From the sequence record PQ330092.1: 64,000 nucleotides of DNA. One strand, given 5' to 3'. The notes beneath the pieces are model-generated. The model saw only the letters and a program-made list of their open reading frames with translations. It did not search any database and was not told where the DNA came from. A program made the position numbers and the translations under genes. Below are positions 18,982 to 28,229 of the stretch, piece after piece (position 1 is the stretch's first letter; each line of letters begins with the position of its first letter).

Positions 18982-19503
18982 ATGTCGAAGAAGGATGCTT
19001 CGAAAAAACATTCAGTACATTTTAGTACTGGTAAAGATAACTGGACAACTCCAAAAGATTTCTTTGAAGAGTTAGATGAGTTATGGGGATTTACGCTTGA
19101 TGCTGCTTGTGTTGATGAGACTGCATTATGTGAGAATTATTTTACACCAAATGATGATTCTCTTTCACAGGATTGGGGAAAGAATATAGTTTGGTTGAAC
19201 CCTCCATATAGTGATTTGAAAACATGGTTATCTAAAGCAGTAGATGCGTATAATAAAGGGGCAACTGTATTAATTCTTGTACCATCAAGAACGGATACTA
19301 TAGCCTTTCAGGATTATGCTGCGAAAGTTTGTGATTGTATTTGTTTTATTAAGGGAAGGTTACGATTTGGTATCCCAGAAGAACCAGAGAAGAAAACAGA
19401 TTCAGCACCATTTCCTTCGTGTCTGATAGTACTAGATAAGTACTTAACCACTGCTAAAATCAATTATCTTAAATCTCTTGGATTGGTGATGAAGAATTTA
19501 TGA
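18982..19503 (+). CDS. dam: phage DNA N6-adenine methyltransferase (Dam-type family)
   Basis: W.TP..FF, FTLDAAC, SLSQDW, VWLNPPYS catalytic motif, LVPSRTDT. Confidence 0.9.
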   Translation: MSKKDASKKHSVHFSTGKDNWTTPKDFFEELDELWGFTLDAACVDETALCENYFTPNDDSLSQDWGKNIVWLNPPYSDLKTWLSKAVDAYNKGATVLILVPSRTDTIAFQDYAAKVCDCICFIKGRLRFGIPEEPEKKTDSAPFPSCLIVLDKYLTTAKINYLKSLGLVMKNL

Positions 19504-20033
19504 AAGAAACATGTATATTATCATTTATGAGATGTAACCCAGTCCACAATGGTCATGGTTTAGTTTTTGAAAAGGCCAAAACATTACAAGAACAGTACAA
19601 TGCAGATTTGAAAATATATCTAAGCACCAGTACTGATAATATAAAAAACCCGCTTCCTCCTGAATTAAAGATGTATTACACTGAGGGTTTCTATCCTTCG
19701 GTTCAAGAAAACATTTATACTGAAGATAATCTTTTTGATATAATGCGTGAATTAGATGGAAAATATTTAGATGTATTTTTTATATGTGGTTCAGACCGTA
19801 TTGATTCTTTTCAGAAAACACTTGACAGTTACAATGGGAAGTTGTATAATTTTTGTAATATAAAAGCAATTCAAGCAGGTATTGACCGCCAATCAAGTCA
19901 ATATAGCTCAACACAAATGCGTAACTTCGCAAAAAATGAAGATTTTGATAGTTTTCGTGAGTTTTTACCTGGAAATGACGAGGACTTAAAAATACAATTA
20001 TTTGAAGACGTTATAAAATACATGAGGAAATAA
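19500..20033 (+). CDS. HIGH-motif nucleotidyltransferase (cytidyltransferase-like)
   Basis: RCNPVHNGH, CGSDR, SSTQMR motifs. Confidence 0.8.
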   Translation: MKETCILSFMRCNPVHNGHGLVFEKAKTLQEQYNADLKIYLSTSTDNIKNPLPPELKMYYTEGFYPSVQENIYTEDNLFDIMRELDGKYLDVFFICGSDRIDSFQKTLDSYNGKLYNFCNIKAIQAGIDRQSSQYSSTQMRNFAKNEDFDSFREFLPGNDEDLKIQLFEDVIKYMRK

Positions 20034-20035
20034 TT

Positions 20036-20329
20036 ATGTCAGTACTGTTCAAAACCAATCCAGTACTTTGGGATCAAAATGAGCAATCAGGATTTCGTTC
20101 CATCCATGTTGAATACAAAGGTAATACTGTAGTTGCAATTATTGCTAACAAAACTCTTGGAAACTGGACTGCACAGGTTGTTCCTATGGGATATTCTTAC
20201 ACATCTGATGAGGTTCAATTCCTGGCTGAACTATATCGTCAAGTGCCGTTTATCATTAATGTACTAGAAGGTAATGATACATTAACCCATGAAGATGTGA
20301 TTAATTTTCTTGGAAACTTACATGTGTGA
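20036..20329 (+). CDS. hypothetical protein
   Basis: GAGG RBS, packed ORF. Confidence 0.7.
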   Translation: MSVLFKTNPVLWDQNEQSGFRSIHVEYKGNTVVAIIANKTLGNWTAQVVPMGYSYTSDEVQFLAELYRQVPFIINVLEGNDTLTHEDVINFLGNLHV

Positions 20330-20609
20330 TGAAATAAATCTTACAGGATATTTTTTACAAGAATCAATGATTAAATTTAGTGATAAATTTTCAGTACTGG
20401 ATGGTATCGAAATGTGGCATGTCAAACCACTGTTCCACACTTTCAGTAAAGAGCACAAAATGTTATTGACTGAAGCCAGTAAATCAAATAACATATGTGA
20501 AATCAAAATTGGTGTAAATGTCTATAAAGGGATGGTTATCTTTTTTGACAATAACAGCAACTACTTTTATATTGTTAAGGAGCATTACGTTGACAAATAC
20601 AAATACTAA
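20310..20609 (+). CDS. hypothetical protein
   Basis: Packed ORF; start may be 20322. Confidence 0.65.
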   Translation: METYMCDEINLTGYFLQESMIKFSDKFSVLDGIEMWHVKPLFHTFSKEHKMLLTEASKSNNICEIKIGVNVYKGMVIFFDNNSNYFYIVKEHYVDKYKY

Positions 20610-21204
20610 TACATATTTCCGTTATCTTCGCTTAGGTCTTTCCCTACGTCCGATCCGTGGAAAGTGCGATTCACTCGCTGACCTTGACTATGCATATGCA
20701 TTACATCATGAAGGTGTACAGTATGTATTGGGTGATTATGGTGAATTTGAAGAAACAAATGACAGTACTGGAATTAATGCTGGTGTAGAAAATCTTAACA
20801 ACATTGCTAACAGTTCTCGCCATGACATTGTGTTACAGATTCAAAACTTTATTGAGCAACACACAGGCAAACGTGTTTGGTGCTATGTCGGTACTGATGC
20901 ACAAATGTCAATTTCATTCGGTAACGATGAAGGATATGTTGCACAGCTTATTATGGATTTTGAATCTGAAGAGAAGTTTTTAGAATTCAAAGAAAAGATT
21001 ATTCAGTCACTTGTTGATATGGGTATCCCCGAAGATAAAATGCCAGAAGTCCAAAACATTGATGAATTTGTTTTGATTCCATCTGATGAGAAATATGATG
21101 CAATGTTTACTGCTCTTAATATTCCAGGAGTTATTGTGGAGTACTTTGATGATGGTGATGATAGTATCTATATCGATCTAGATGACGATGACGACGATGA
21201 ATAA
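20518..21204 (+). CDS. acidic hypothetical protein (start uncertain)
   Basis: Long ORF ending in DDDDDDE, followed by terminator; listed start overlaps upstream gene by about 90 nt. Confidence 0.65.
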   Translation: MSIKGWLSFLTITATTFILLRSITLTNTNTNTYFRYLRLGLSLRPIRGKCDSLADLDYAYALHHEGVQYVLGDYGEFEETNDSTGINAGVENLNNIANSSRHDIVLQIQNFIEQHTGKRVWCYVGTDAQMSISFGNDEGYVAQLIMDFESEEKFLEFKEKIIQSLVDMGIPEDKMPEVQNIDEFVLIPSDEKYDAMFTALNIPGVIVEYFDDGDDSIYIDLDDDDDDE

Positions 21205-21209
21205 TGCAT

Positions 21210-21237
21210 ATAGCCCGACATAAGTTCGGGCTATTTT
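21210..21237 (+). terminator. intrinsic terminator
   Basis: ATAGCCCGA / TCGGGCTAT plus T tract. Confidence 0.8.
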
Positions 21238-21250
21238 CGTAAGGGGAATT

Positions 21251-21526
21251 ATGAATTATAAAGTTCTACAATATACATACAGTGTTTTGTTTGATTTACA
21301 TCACAATGGAAGATATCTCAATACAATACGAGAAAACACATTCACTCATACTATCTGGATTAATCACTTAATAATGATACGTGAATATTTTGTTAATAGT
21401 GAGATAATCATTCGTGGTAAAAAACAGAAGATAGAACAAGTTAATAGTTTTGGTGGTAAATTAGTACTATCATTTATAGATAGTAATACTAATGAAAGAT
21501 ATAGTATAGATTTGGTGGATATATGA
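21251..21526 (+). CDS. small TYK/YIG family protein
   Basis: MNYKVLQYTYSVLFDL N-terminus shared with neighbours. Confidence 0.75.
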   Translation: MNYKVLQYTYSVLFDLHHNGRYLNTIRENTFTHTIWINHLIMIREYFVNSEIIIRGKKQKIEQVNSFGGKLVLSFIDSNTNERYSIDLVDI

Positions 21527-21789
21527 ATTATAAAGATTTCCTACTAACATACAAGATTATTCGAGATTTAGCACACGACAATGATAGCCCTAGTCTAGAA
21601 GACACATGCACTCAAATGATTCATACGATTCGTGGTAAGATTAAAAAAAAATTCAGTACTGTTATTATTGGTGATGACCATGCAGAATTTTCTGATATAA
21701 TCATTAGACGTGATGGTAAAGTTGAGGTTCAGTACTACACTGATTTTGGATTTACCAGTATTCCGTTGGAGATATTCCCTTGGGATTAA
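21523..21789 (+). CDS. small TYK/YIG family protein
   Basis: MNYKDFLLTYKIIRDL. Confidence 0.75.
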   Translation: MNYKDFLLTYKIIRDLAHDNDSPSLEDTCTQMIHTIRGKIKKKFSTVIIGDDHAEFSDIIIRRDGKVEVQYYTDFGFTSIPLEIFPWD

Positions 21790-22091
21790 ATTTAAATGAT
21801 ATACAATTCACTTATAAGATCCTATATGATTTGTATGATGTATACCTTGTTAGTAACAACATAGGTTCACATAACCGATCCAAAGAACAACCATTTATTG
21901 ATTTATATATTGAGTACTTAGATTCAGTAGGTGAATATATAAAAAAGAATTACAGTACTTTTATCGATGGAAATGATATATTCGAGTTCTCTGGAGTTAA
22001 ATCATACAATGGGATTATCCATGTTGAATTTCTTGAAATAACCGATAGGGGATTTATCGAGATTAAAGTTGTGAAGTTGGTGAATTTATAA
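21780..22091 (+). CDS. small TYK/YIG family protein
   Basis: LNDIQFTYKILYDL. Confidence 0.75.
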   Translation: MGLNLNDIQFTYKILYDLYDVYLVSNNIGSHNRSKEQPFIDLYIEYLDSVGEYIKKNYSTFIDGNDIFEFSGVKSYNGIIHVEFLEITDRGFIEIKVVKLVNL

Positions 22092-22101
22092 GAGGTTACA
22101 T

Positions 22102-22413
22102 ATGTTATTAAATGATATACAATTCACATACAAATTTTTGTATATCCAATACGCTACGGTTGATGCTGGAGAATATCTCTACAGTGAAATCTATCGTTCG
22201 GTATGGATAAAGTTTTTGGATGAATTACATGAATATTACCATGATTTGTGTATAGTTCGTGATAATAAAATATACAAATTCCGCGATATTGTTAGTCATA
22301 GCGGTAAGCTACGATTGGAATTAAGTACTGATAGTGATGTTGATTGGATTGGTGTAAATTTACTGGAATTGAAGAATGAAAAACAACTTAAAGGAAATAC
22401 AAGTATTTTATAA
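22102..22413 (+). CDS. small TYK/YIG family protein
   Basis: LNDIQFTYKFLY. Confidence 0.75.
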   Translation: MLLNDIQFTYKFLYIQYATVDAGEYLYSEIYRSVWIKFLDELHEYYHDLCIVRDNKIYKFRDIVSHSGKLRLELSTDSDVDWIGVNLLELKNEKQLKGNTSIL

Positions 22414-22660
22414 ATTCTTATACTTATCATATGTAAAAGATGAGTACTATGAAAGTGTGTATTATTTTTTATGGCAACATTACCGTACTATAGTAAGAGA
22501 TTTATATATAGGAAAATCTATCATATCCAATGGTGAAAAATGTATCTGTACGGATGTAGTTAGTTTTAATGGTTCTTTAACACTGTGTTTCAGATGCGAT
22601 AATAATAGTGGGTCATTTTCATTAAACGTATATCAGTTAGAAGGAATAAATTTTGAATAA
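22376..22660 (+). CDS. small TYK/YIG family protein
   Basis: LKEIQVFYKFLY, DLYIGKSI. Confidence 0.75.
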   Translation: MKNNLKEIQVFYKFLYLSYVKDEYYESVYYFLWQHYRTIVRDLYIGKSIISNGEKCICTDVVSFNGSLTLCFRCDNNSGSFSLNVYQLEGINFE

Positions 22661-22853
22661 ATGTCCATATTGTAACAGTACTCAATTAGCTCGTTTCCGT
22701 TTAGATTCAGACTGGGCGACTGGTGCTGGTGATTTCTTCCCTATTAATGATGATGCGGAATACACCGAAGAACAGCACAAAGATTTTGATAAATCATGGC
22801 GACCTGACATTGAGTGCATTTATTGCCTTAATTGTGAGCGTGTTCATGACTAA
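22653..22853 (+). CDS. small zinc-ribbon protein
   Basis: CPYC ... CIYCLNC. Confidence 0.65.
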   Translation: MNKCPYCNSTQLARFRLDSDWATGAGDFFPINDDAEYTEEQHKDFDKSWRPDIECIYCLNCERVHD

Positions 22854-23109
22854 AGCTGAACTAATAGTTCATACATATAAAATGATATCAAGTACTGAGT
22901 TATCATATAGTGCAGATAATCCAGTACTGGATTATTTTGTTGAATTATTGAAAGAGCATTATATTGGTAAATCACTGAATATTAATAATATTAATTTCAC
23001 TATAACGGATGTGGGACCAGGAAAAAACGTACTAATTGTATGTATTACTTCAACTGGTAACCCATTATACCCAATATCAGTAATTTTTGAGGTATTAGGT
23101 GATTTATGA
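22846..23109 (+). CDS. small TYK/YIG family protein
   Basis: IVHTYKMI, EHYIGKSL; internal ATG. Confidence 0.7.
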   Translation: MTKAELIVHTYKMISSTELSYSADNPVLDYFVELLKEHYIGKSLNINNINFTITDVGPGKNVLIVCITSTGNPLYPISVIFEVLGDL

Positions 23110-23396
23110 ATATCATATTAATACAAAAAACATATGCTCTACTGATGAAAGAATATACTAATACTTATGATGAAAAGTGCAGTGCAAATCATAATATGTA
23201 TGAATTCATTACTCAAGAGTACAGGGATTATATATATGCTGTGTTAGTGGGTAGATATTTCAGTACTAGAAAATACCCAAAACTTCAAATAGTTGATGTT
23301 TCTTTTTATTTCAATGGTCATATTACTATTCATAGTTTAGACCAAGATTCAACAACGTACTTAAACTTTTCATTTGATGAGGTAACATTTTTATGA
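23106..23396 (+). CDS. small TYK/YIG family protein
   Basis: LIQKTYALL, AVLVGRYF. Confidence 0.7.
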   Translation: MNIILIQKTYALLMKEYTNTYDEKCSANHNMYEFITQEYRDYIYAVLVGRYFSTRKYPKLQIVDVSFYFNGHITIHSLDQDSTTYLNFSFDEVTFL

Positions 23397-23569
23397 GAAC
23401 AGTATTTTTTATCTGGAGTCTTTTTTCATTGGCAGTACTGACAGTATGTGGGATTTGTTTCCTTTCATCAATTAATACTTGGTATATCAATTTACTATTT
23501 CCATTTGTCGGTGTTGGTTTAGGGTTTACTTTGCATAGTGTATGTAAGGATTACAATGAGAACAAATGA
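23393..23569 (+). CDS. small membrane protein (58 aa, not in ORF track)
   Basis: ATGA overlap; two hydrophobic segments. Confidence 0.6.
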   Translation: MRTVFFIWSLFSLAVLTVCGICFLSSINTWYINLLFPFVGVGLGFTLHSVCKDYNENK

Positions 23570-23833
23570 AGTACTTATTGCTGAAACAATGAAGATGATT
23601 TACAATATCACGTCAGCACAGAATATGCCCTATCCAACTAAGTCTTTATTGAGGACTGTGTATCTGGGATAGTACAGGAGTACTACAAATCCAAGCACCG
23701 AAGCATTATTAGTGTTTATCGTGATTATGAAAGGATTCGTATTTTATTCTGGAACAAGAATCGAGTACGTTCTGAATGTGACCTAGTGGACTTTAAATTA
23801 GAGAATCTTTATTGCTATAAACAGGGACAATAG
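23556..23833 (+). pseudogene. frameshifted member of the small-protein family (or sequencing error)
   Basis: MRTNEVLIAETMKMIY.. stops at 23672; -1 frame from 23642 (VFIEDCVSGIVQEYY..) runs to TAG 23833. Confidence 0.5.
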
Positions 23834-23842
23834 TTTAATTCA

Positions 23843-23851
23843 TGATATAAT
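23843..23851 (+). promoter_or_regulatory. extended -10 promoter
   Basis: TGaTATAAT upstream of GGAG RBS. Confidence 0.6.
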
Positions 23852-23882
23852 AATGGGTAAGGAACAATAATTAACACAAGGA

Positions 23883-24620
23883 GTGTGTGAAATGCTTGAC
23901 CATATCCGTTTCGCTACAGAGATGGCGAATGAATTAAACATGGCAAATTTCCAAATGTTAACATCAGTAATGGCTGAACATGCATGTGCTTATTCTGTAA
24001 GTGGTGTGCAGTGTGGTCAGGAGAATATGTTAGCAGATGTTTATAGTGAAGTGCAAAGTAAGCAATATAGTGTAAAGACATATAAGGATAAGTTTGTTAG
24101 TCTTTATATGAACGAAGATATTGCCGAAGACCGTAAATTCACTGATTTTATTATTGAACGCCGAGTATCAGGTGTATCTAATCCTAATGCATCAAGCGAG
24201 GAAGTTTTTGCAGAAGTACTGAAAGATATATACGAAAATGAATTAAAAAGTAAGAATCATTACAATGTACGTGAAACTAACACAGTGCTCTTGGGATATG
24301 ATGAAGACGAAGAATACTATTATTTTCGTATGACTGAAGTTCCTTTTGAATACAAATCTCCATATACAACTACAGTGAAAGAATTTACTGAAAAAAGTAA
24401 AAACTTCATGAAGCATGAAGGAAATCGTTGTAGTATAAATGGTTATGACGAAAATGGCATTCACATTTATGAATGGGTTCACCCAAATTGTCAGACATAC
24501 ACTCGTTGCTTGAAAAAACGTTATAATTTAGAAGAGCATGAATCATTCTATTTTAAAGTTAAGAAGCAAGGTTACACTCGCCCCGCCGATTCTGAATTGA
24601 TGGGTATGATATATTTCTAA
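23883..24620 (+). CDS. hypothetical protein
   Basis: 245-aa ORF, AAGGAG RBS. Confidence 0.75.
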   Translation: MCEMLDHIRFATEMANELNMANFQMLTSVMAEHACAYSVSGVQCGQENMLADVYSEVQSKQYSVKTYKDKFVSLYMNEDIAEDRKFTDFIIERRVSGVSNPNASSEEVFAEVLKDIYENELKSKNHYNVRETNTVLLGYDEDEEYYYFRMTEVPFEYKSPYTTTVKEFTEKSKNFMKHEGNRCSINGYDENGIHIYEWVHPNCQTYTRCLKKRYNLEEHESFYFKVKKQGYTRPADSELMGMIYF

Positions 24621-24630
24621 GGAAACTTCT

Positions 24631-24912
24631 ATGGATTTTTATCTACACACATGGACATACGAACAATATATTACATTATATCTTGAAATTATTAACACAG
24701 AACCTAGGTGTGGTTGTTGGTTCGCAGATATCATAAAAGAGTATGCTGACGAGTTCGAGTTTGTGTATCTTGGGTCTGATATATTTGTAAAAAGTGTAGG
24801 TAAAACCGGACGAATCACTGATATAGATTACGACACTGTTAGTGTGAATTTCTATGTTGATTTTCCTGATGCTGGCGTTGATGGTGTATATTGTCTTTAT
24901 GAAATAATTTAA
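24631..24912 (+). CDS. small TYK/YIG family protein
   Basis: TWTYEQY, VYLGSDIFVKSVGKTGRITDI. Confidence 0.7.
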   Translation: MDFYLHTWTYEQYITLYLEIINTEPRCGCWFADIIKEYADEFEFVYLGSDIFVKSVGKTGRITDIDYDTVSVNFYVDFPDAGVDGVYCLYEII

Positions 24913-24918
24913 ATTCTT

Positions 24919-24943
24919 AGGCCAGCGTTTGCTGGTCTTTTTT
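24919..24943 (+). terminator. intrinsic terminator
   Basis: AGGCCAGC-gttt-GCTGGTCT plus T tract. Confidence 0.75.
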
Positions 24944-24956
24944 CGCAGGTACAAAG

Positions 24957-25259
24957 ATGTTCAGTATAGATTTAATTAACAGTACTATCAAAATGTTGGC
25001 TGATTTGGTGAGACAATCCAATGGAACTTTATATCCATCAATGTATAAAATGTTTGACCGATACATCAAGGATTGTAACATATCATTATATGGACTTGCT
25101 GTTGATATAGACGATTACTATGGAATTAATACTTCATATAAAACAGGAATTTTAATTGGTATTAATATAAAGATGGGGTATTTACCTTATTACTGTATAG
25201 GATTACCAGATAATACTTTTGTAGAATATCCAGCCAGTACTATTAAATTAAGAGGATAA
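24957..25259 (+). CDS. small hypothetical protein (family-like)
   Basis: LINSTIKMLADL, SLYGLAV..TGILIGI. Confidence 0.65.
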   Translation: MFSIDLINSTIKMLADLVRQSNGTLYPSMYKMFDRYIKDCNISLYGLAVDIDDYYGINTSYKTGILIGINIKMGYLPYYCIGLPDNTFVEYPASTIKLRG

Positions 25260-25266
25260 AACTAAA

Positions 25267-25845
25267 ATGAATGTATTAGATTTAAGTACTAAGCTGATTA
25301 GTATGCGTAATGAGTGGTACGATTGGTTTTATAATGGTACTGATATGGATTTTTCAAAATATCCATTTATGGAATCAGGATGTGATGCAAGATACCGCTG
25401 GTTGAGCAAAGATTGTTCTGGTTTACATATTCTAGTTGACGATAGTGGTCAGGGAATTATAAAAGATTTACTTCAAGTTGAACAACTCGTCCATGATAAT
25501 TGGTGTGATAACGATCCATACCTTGGAAATATGATTTATGTAAGTGAAGATGATTGCATATTCGTTATCCAGCGTCATGGTAATTCTATGTTTTATGTAG
25601 CAGATAGCAGTACTCCAGAAGGTGCAGCAGCCGATGGACTTATGCCTAAGATTGATATATTGGAATTTGGATTACCTGAGCACTTCCAGATTAGTACTTT
25701 ATACGATATTCCACCACTTGAGTTCTTTGAAGAATTTAAATTGTACTACAATGATCTTCAAAAATTGAGTACTGATCGACGCATTGAAATAACTGTTAAG
25801 TACATGGACGGAACGAAATTAACTGATACGGGGATAGAATTTTGA
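25267..25845 (+). CDS. FQ-box family hypothetical protein
   Basis: LPEHFQISTLYD. Confidence 0.75.
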   Translation: MNVLDLSTKLISMRNEWYDWFYNGTDMDFSKYPFMESGCDARYRWLSKDCSGLHILVDDSGQGIIKDLLQVEQLVHDNWCDNDPYLGNMIYVSEDDCIFVIQRHGNSMFYVADSSTPEGAAADGLMPKIDILEFGLPEHFQISTLYDIPPLEFFEEFKLYYNDLQKLSTDRRIEITVKYMDGTKLTDTGIEF

Positions 25846-26531
25846 TTAAAGATTTAGATAGAATTTTATATGTACTAAGGGGTGTAATTACATTACATCC
25901 ACAAATCAATCGAATTGAAAGTACATTTCAGTTGGAGTCAAGAGAAACTCCATATTCACATATATCAAATGTAGTTGGTTCACTCAGTACTGAAGACTCG
26001 TCTTACGATATTTGTGTATGTGAAGTACAACCAAGTTCGGATCTTGGATTTGCTATTTTTGATAAAAATCAAAATCTCATTAGTATGTTTCAGTGCAATA
26101 ATCCTTTTTGGAAAACATGCCTGTATCCAGAGTGGGCTATGCTTGATCCAACCAAGAGTACCATTAAAGTTTATGACTCTAAAAATGATGAAGTCGTTAT
26201 TGATTTAGATGAGTCAATGTCAGAGGAAGAACACTTTCAGCTAATGATGATGCGTGCTATGCCTGAATACAATGCAATGATTAACACTGTGCAATACATT
26301 AAGGATACCATGCCAGCGTTGCGTACACATGAGTTTTGTCATCCGGTATTGTATGAACATCTAGATTTAGACTTCAGTACTATTAAATTTAAAGATAGTG
26401 TTAAAAAATATATTCAAGAGAATGTTAAATTTGATTTTATTAGTACTATGAACAATAATCCAAAAACTAATTTTAGGCATCAGTACAATGAATCTTTGTC
26501 TAATGGACGTGATACCAGTTGGTGGAAATAA
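25842..26531 (+). CDS. FQ-box family hypothetical protein
   Basis: SEEEHFQLMMMRA; TTG start. Confidence 0.7.
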   Translation: MIKDLDRILYVLRGVITLHPQINRIESTFQLESRETPYSHISNVVGSLSTEDSSYDICVCEVQPSSDLGFAIFDKNQNLISMFQCNNPFWKTCLYPEWAMLDPTKSTIKVYDSKNDEVVIDLDESMSEEEHFQLMMMRAMPEYNAMINTVQYIKDTMPALRTHEFCHPVLYEHLDLDFSTIKFKDSVKKYIQENVKFDFISTMNNNPKTNFRHQYNESLSNGRDTSWWK

Positions 26532-26532
26532 T

Positions 26533-26796
26533 ATGAATATTCAAGATAGATTACAATTACTGTACACACTTGAACAGGCTGCTTATGATCTTGTTCGAAA
26601 AATCTCAGATGAACTACCTAAAGGAACTAAAGTTCGTGTACGTGAGATGAATTATTTTTCTGGAGTAATTGAAGAACAAGTACTAACAGTGAATAAAGTA
26701 ACATACTATGAATCTGAGTTGTCTATTCAGTGTGAATCTGATGATGGATTAATATCATATTATGGAACTGATGTAGATATAGAGGTAATAAAATGA
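26533..26796 (+). CDS. small hypothetical protein (family-like)
   Basis: ELPKGTKVRVR..LTVNKV pattern; internal ATG. Confidence 0.7.
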   Translation: MNIQDRLQLLYTLEQAAYDLVRKISDELPKGTKVRVREMNYFSGVIEEQVLTVNKVTYYESELSIQCESDDGLISYYGTDVDIEVIK

Positions 26797-27935
26797 CCCT
26801 TTTGCAAATATATGAAGATTTAATGCACTTATGTAATACAAACGATGCATTCTTTTATGTGGATCATAAAAGTCCTGCTGGTGGCACGTATCGTGTATTC
26901 AGTTATCGTCTAGCATCATACACTGATTTCATGCAACCAAATGCGTTGGAAACCCGTGGCTCTATGTGGGAAATTGATGAAGAAGGTGACATGATACGTT
27001 GTGCAGCACGTACAATGAAAAAGTTCTTCAATGCTTACGAGAATCCTGCTACAATGTTCCCTGCTAACACCACATGCGATGACATTGCGGTAGTGATGCC
27101 TAAGTTGGATGGCTCGATCATCAGTACTTATCGTGATAATGATGGTGAGATTCGTTGTAAATCACATACTGCATTGTATTCTGACCATGCGATTAACAGC
27201 ACTCGACTTATTAACGAGAACCAGAATTTGTATCAGTACATCGACGAAGCGGAACGTTTAGGTTACACAGTTAATATGGAGTATACAAGCCCAGAGTACC
27301 GAATTGTATTACCATATCAGGTAGAACAACTGTTTGTACTGAACGTTCGTCATCGTGTGAGTGGTGAGTTGCTTTGTGGTAAAGCACTACGTGATAAGTT
27401 TCCATGTCTTGCACAGTACAGTACTAATATGACTGGAAAAGATATTCATCACACTTTTCCGGTACGAAATACCTTCCGTGAAAGCGTGGAGGAAGTTCAT
27501 AAAATGCTTGATATTGAGGGTTTTGTGTGCATCCTAAATAATGGGACAATGTGTAAAATAAAGACTGACTGGTACAGTTCATTACATCTTACAAAAGATA
27601 GTATTATTATTGATTCTCATTTATATGAAGCAGTATTAAATGGTTCAAGTGATGATTTAAAACAATTGTTCAGTACTGATGAATATGCTATGCAAAAGAT
27701 ATTAAGAATGGAACAATTGGTATTTTCGTGCTATAATGCATTACAAGATGAAGTAGAAAGCTTCGTCAAGGAACACAAGCACTTGGAGCGAAAGGAATTC
27801 GCAATGAAGGTTCAGGAGTGTTTAACTAATGAACTGAATCGTCAGGGCTTGGCCTTTGCAATGTATAACAATAAGAAAGTTGATTACAAAGAGACTCTTA
27901 TAAAATACATGAAAATTGTACTAAAGGATTTTTAG
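26793..27935 (+). CDS. rnlA: RNA ligase 1 (T4 RnlA-like)
   Basis: FSYRLASY..F, ALETRG, KKFFN..E, adenylation motif KLDGS, T4 Rnl1-like size. Confidence 0.9.
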   Translation: MTLLQIYEDLMHLCNTNDAFFYVDHKSPAGGTYRVFSYRLASYTDFMQPNALETRGSMWEIDEEGDMIRCAARTMKKFFNAYENPATMFPANTTCDDIAVVMPKLDGSIISTYRDNDGEIRCKSHTALYSDHAINSTRLINENQNLYQYIDEAERLGYTVNMEYTSPEYRIVLPYQVEQLFVLNVRHRVSGELLCGKALRDKFPCLAQYSTNMTGKDIHHTFPVRNTFRESVEEVHKMLDIEGFVCILNNGTMCKIKTDWYSSLHLTKDSIIIDSHLYEAVLNGSSDDLKQLFSTDEYAMQKILRMEQLVFSCYNALQDEVESFVKEHKHLERKEFAMKVQECLTNELNRQGLAFAMYNNKKVDYKETLIKYMKIVLKDF

Positions 27936-27962
27936 TACTATCTAGCCTAAGCACAAGGAGAA

Positions 27963-28220
27963 GTGATGGCTAAACCTAAGTATAAAAATGACGGTTCCCT
28001 TTCTCCGACTGAGTTCAGGAAAATACAAGAAGAAATCGATGAATTACAGCACAAACGCTCAATGAAAGGTGTGAAGATAAGTAAGAAACGAATCGAGAAT
28101 ACCTTCGGATGTAGTAGTACTGAATACAAGAAGAAAAGGAAACCAAAAGGTGTTAAGCCGAGAATACATGATGTAACTCGCTATACATCGAAACGTGAAA
28201 ATAAATTCGACCCACTATAA
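27963..28220 (+). CDS. Lys/Arg-rich hypothetical protein
   Basis: AAGGAG RBS; very basic. Confidence 0.7.
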   Translation: MMAKPKYKNDGSLSPTEFRKIQEEIDELQHKRSMKGVKISKKRIENTFGCSSTEYKKKRKPKGVKPRIHDVTRYTSKRENKFDPL

Positions 28221-28229
28221 GGAGTTCAT

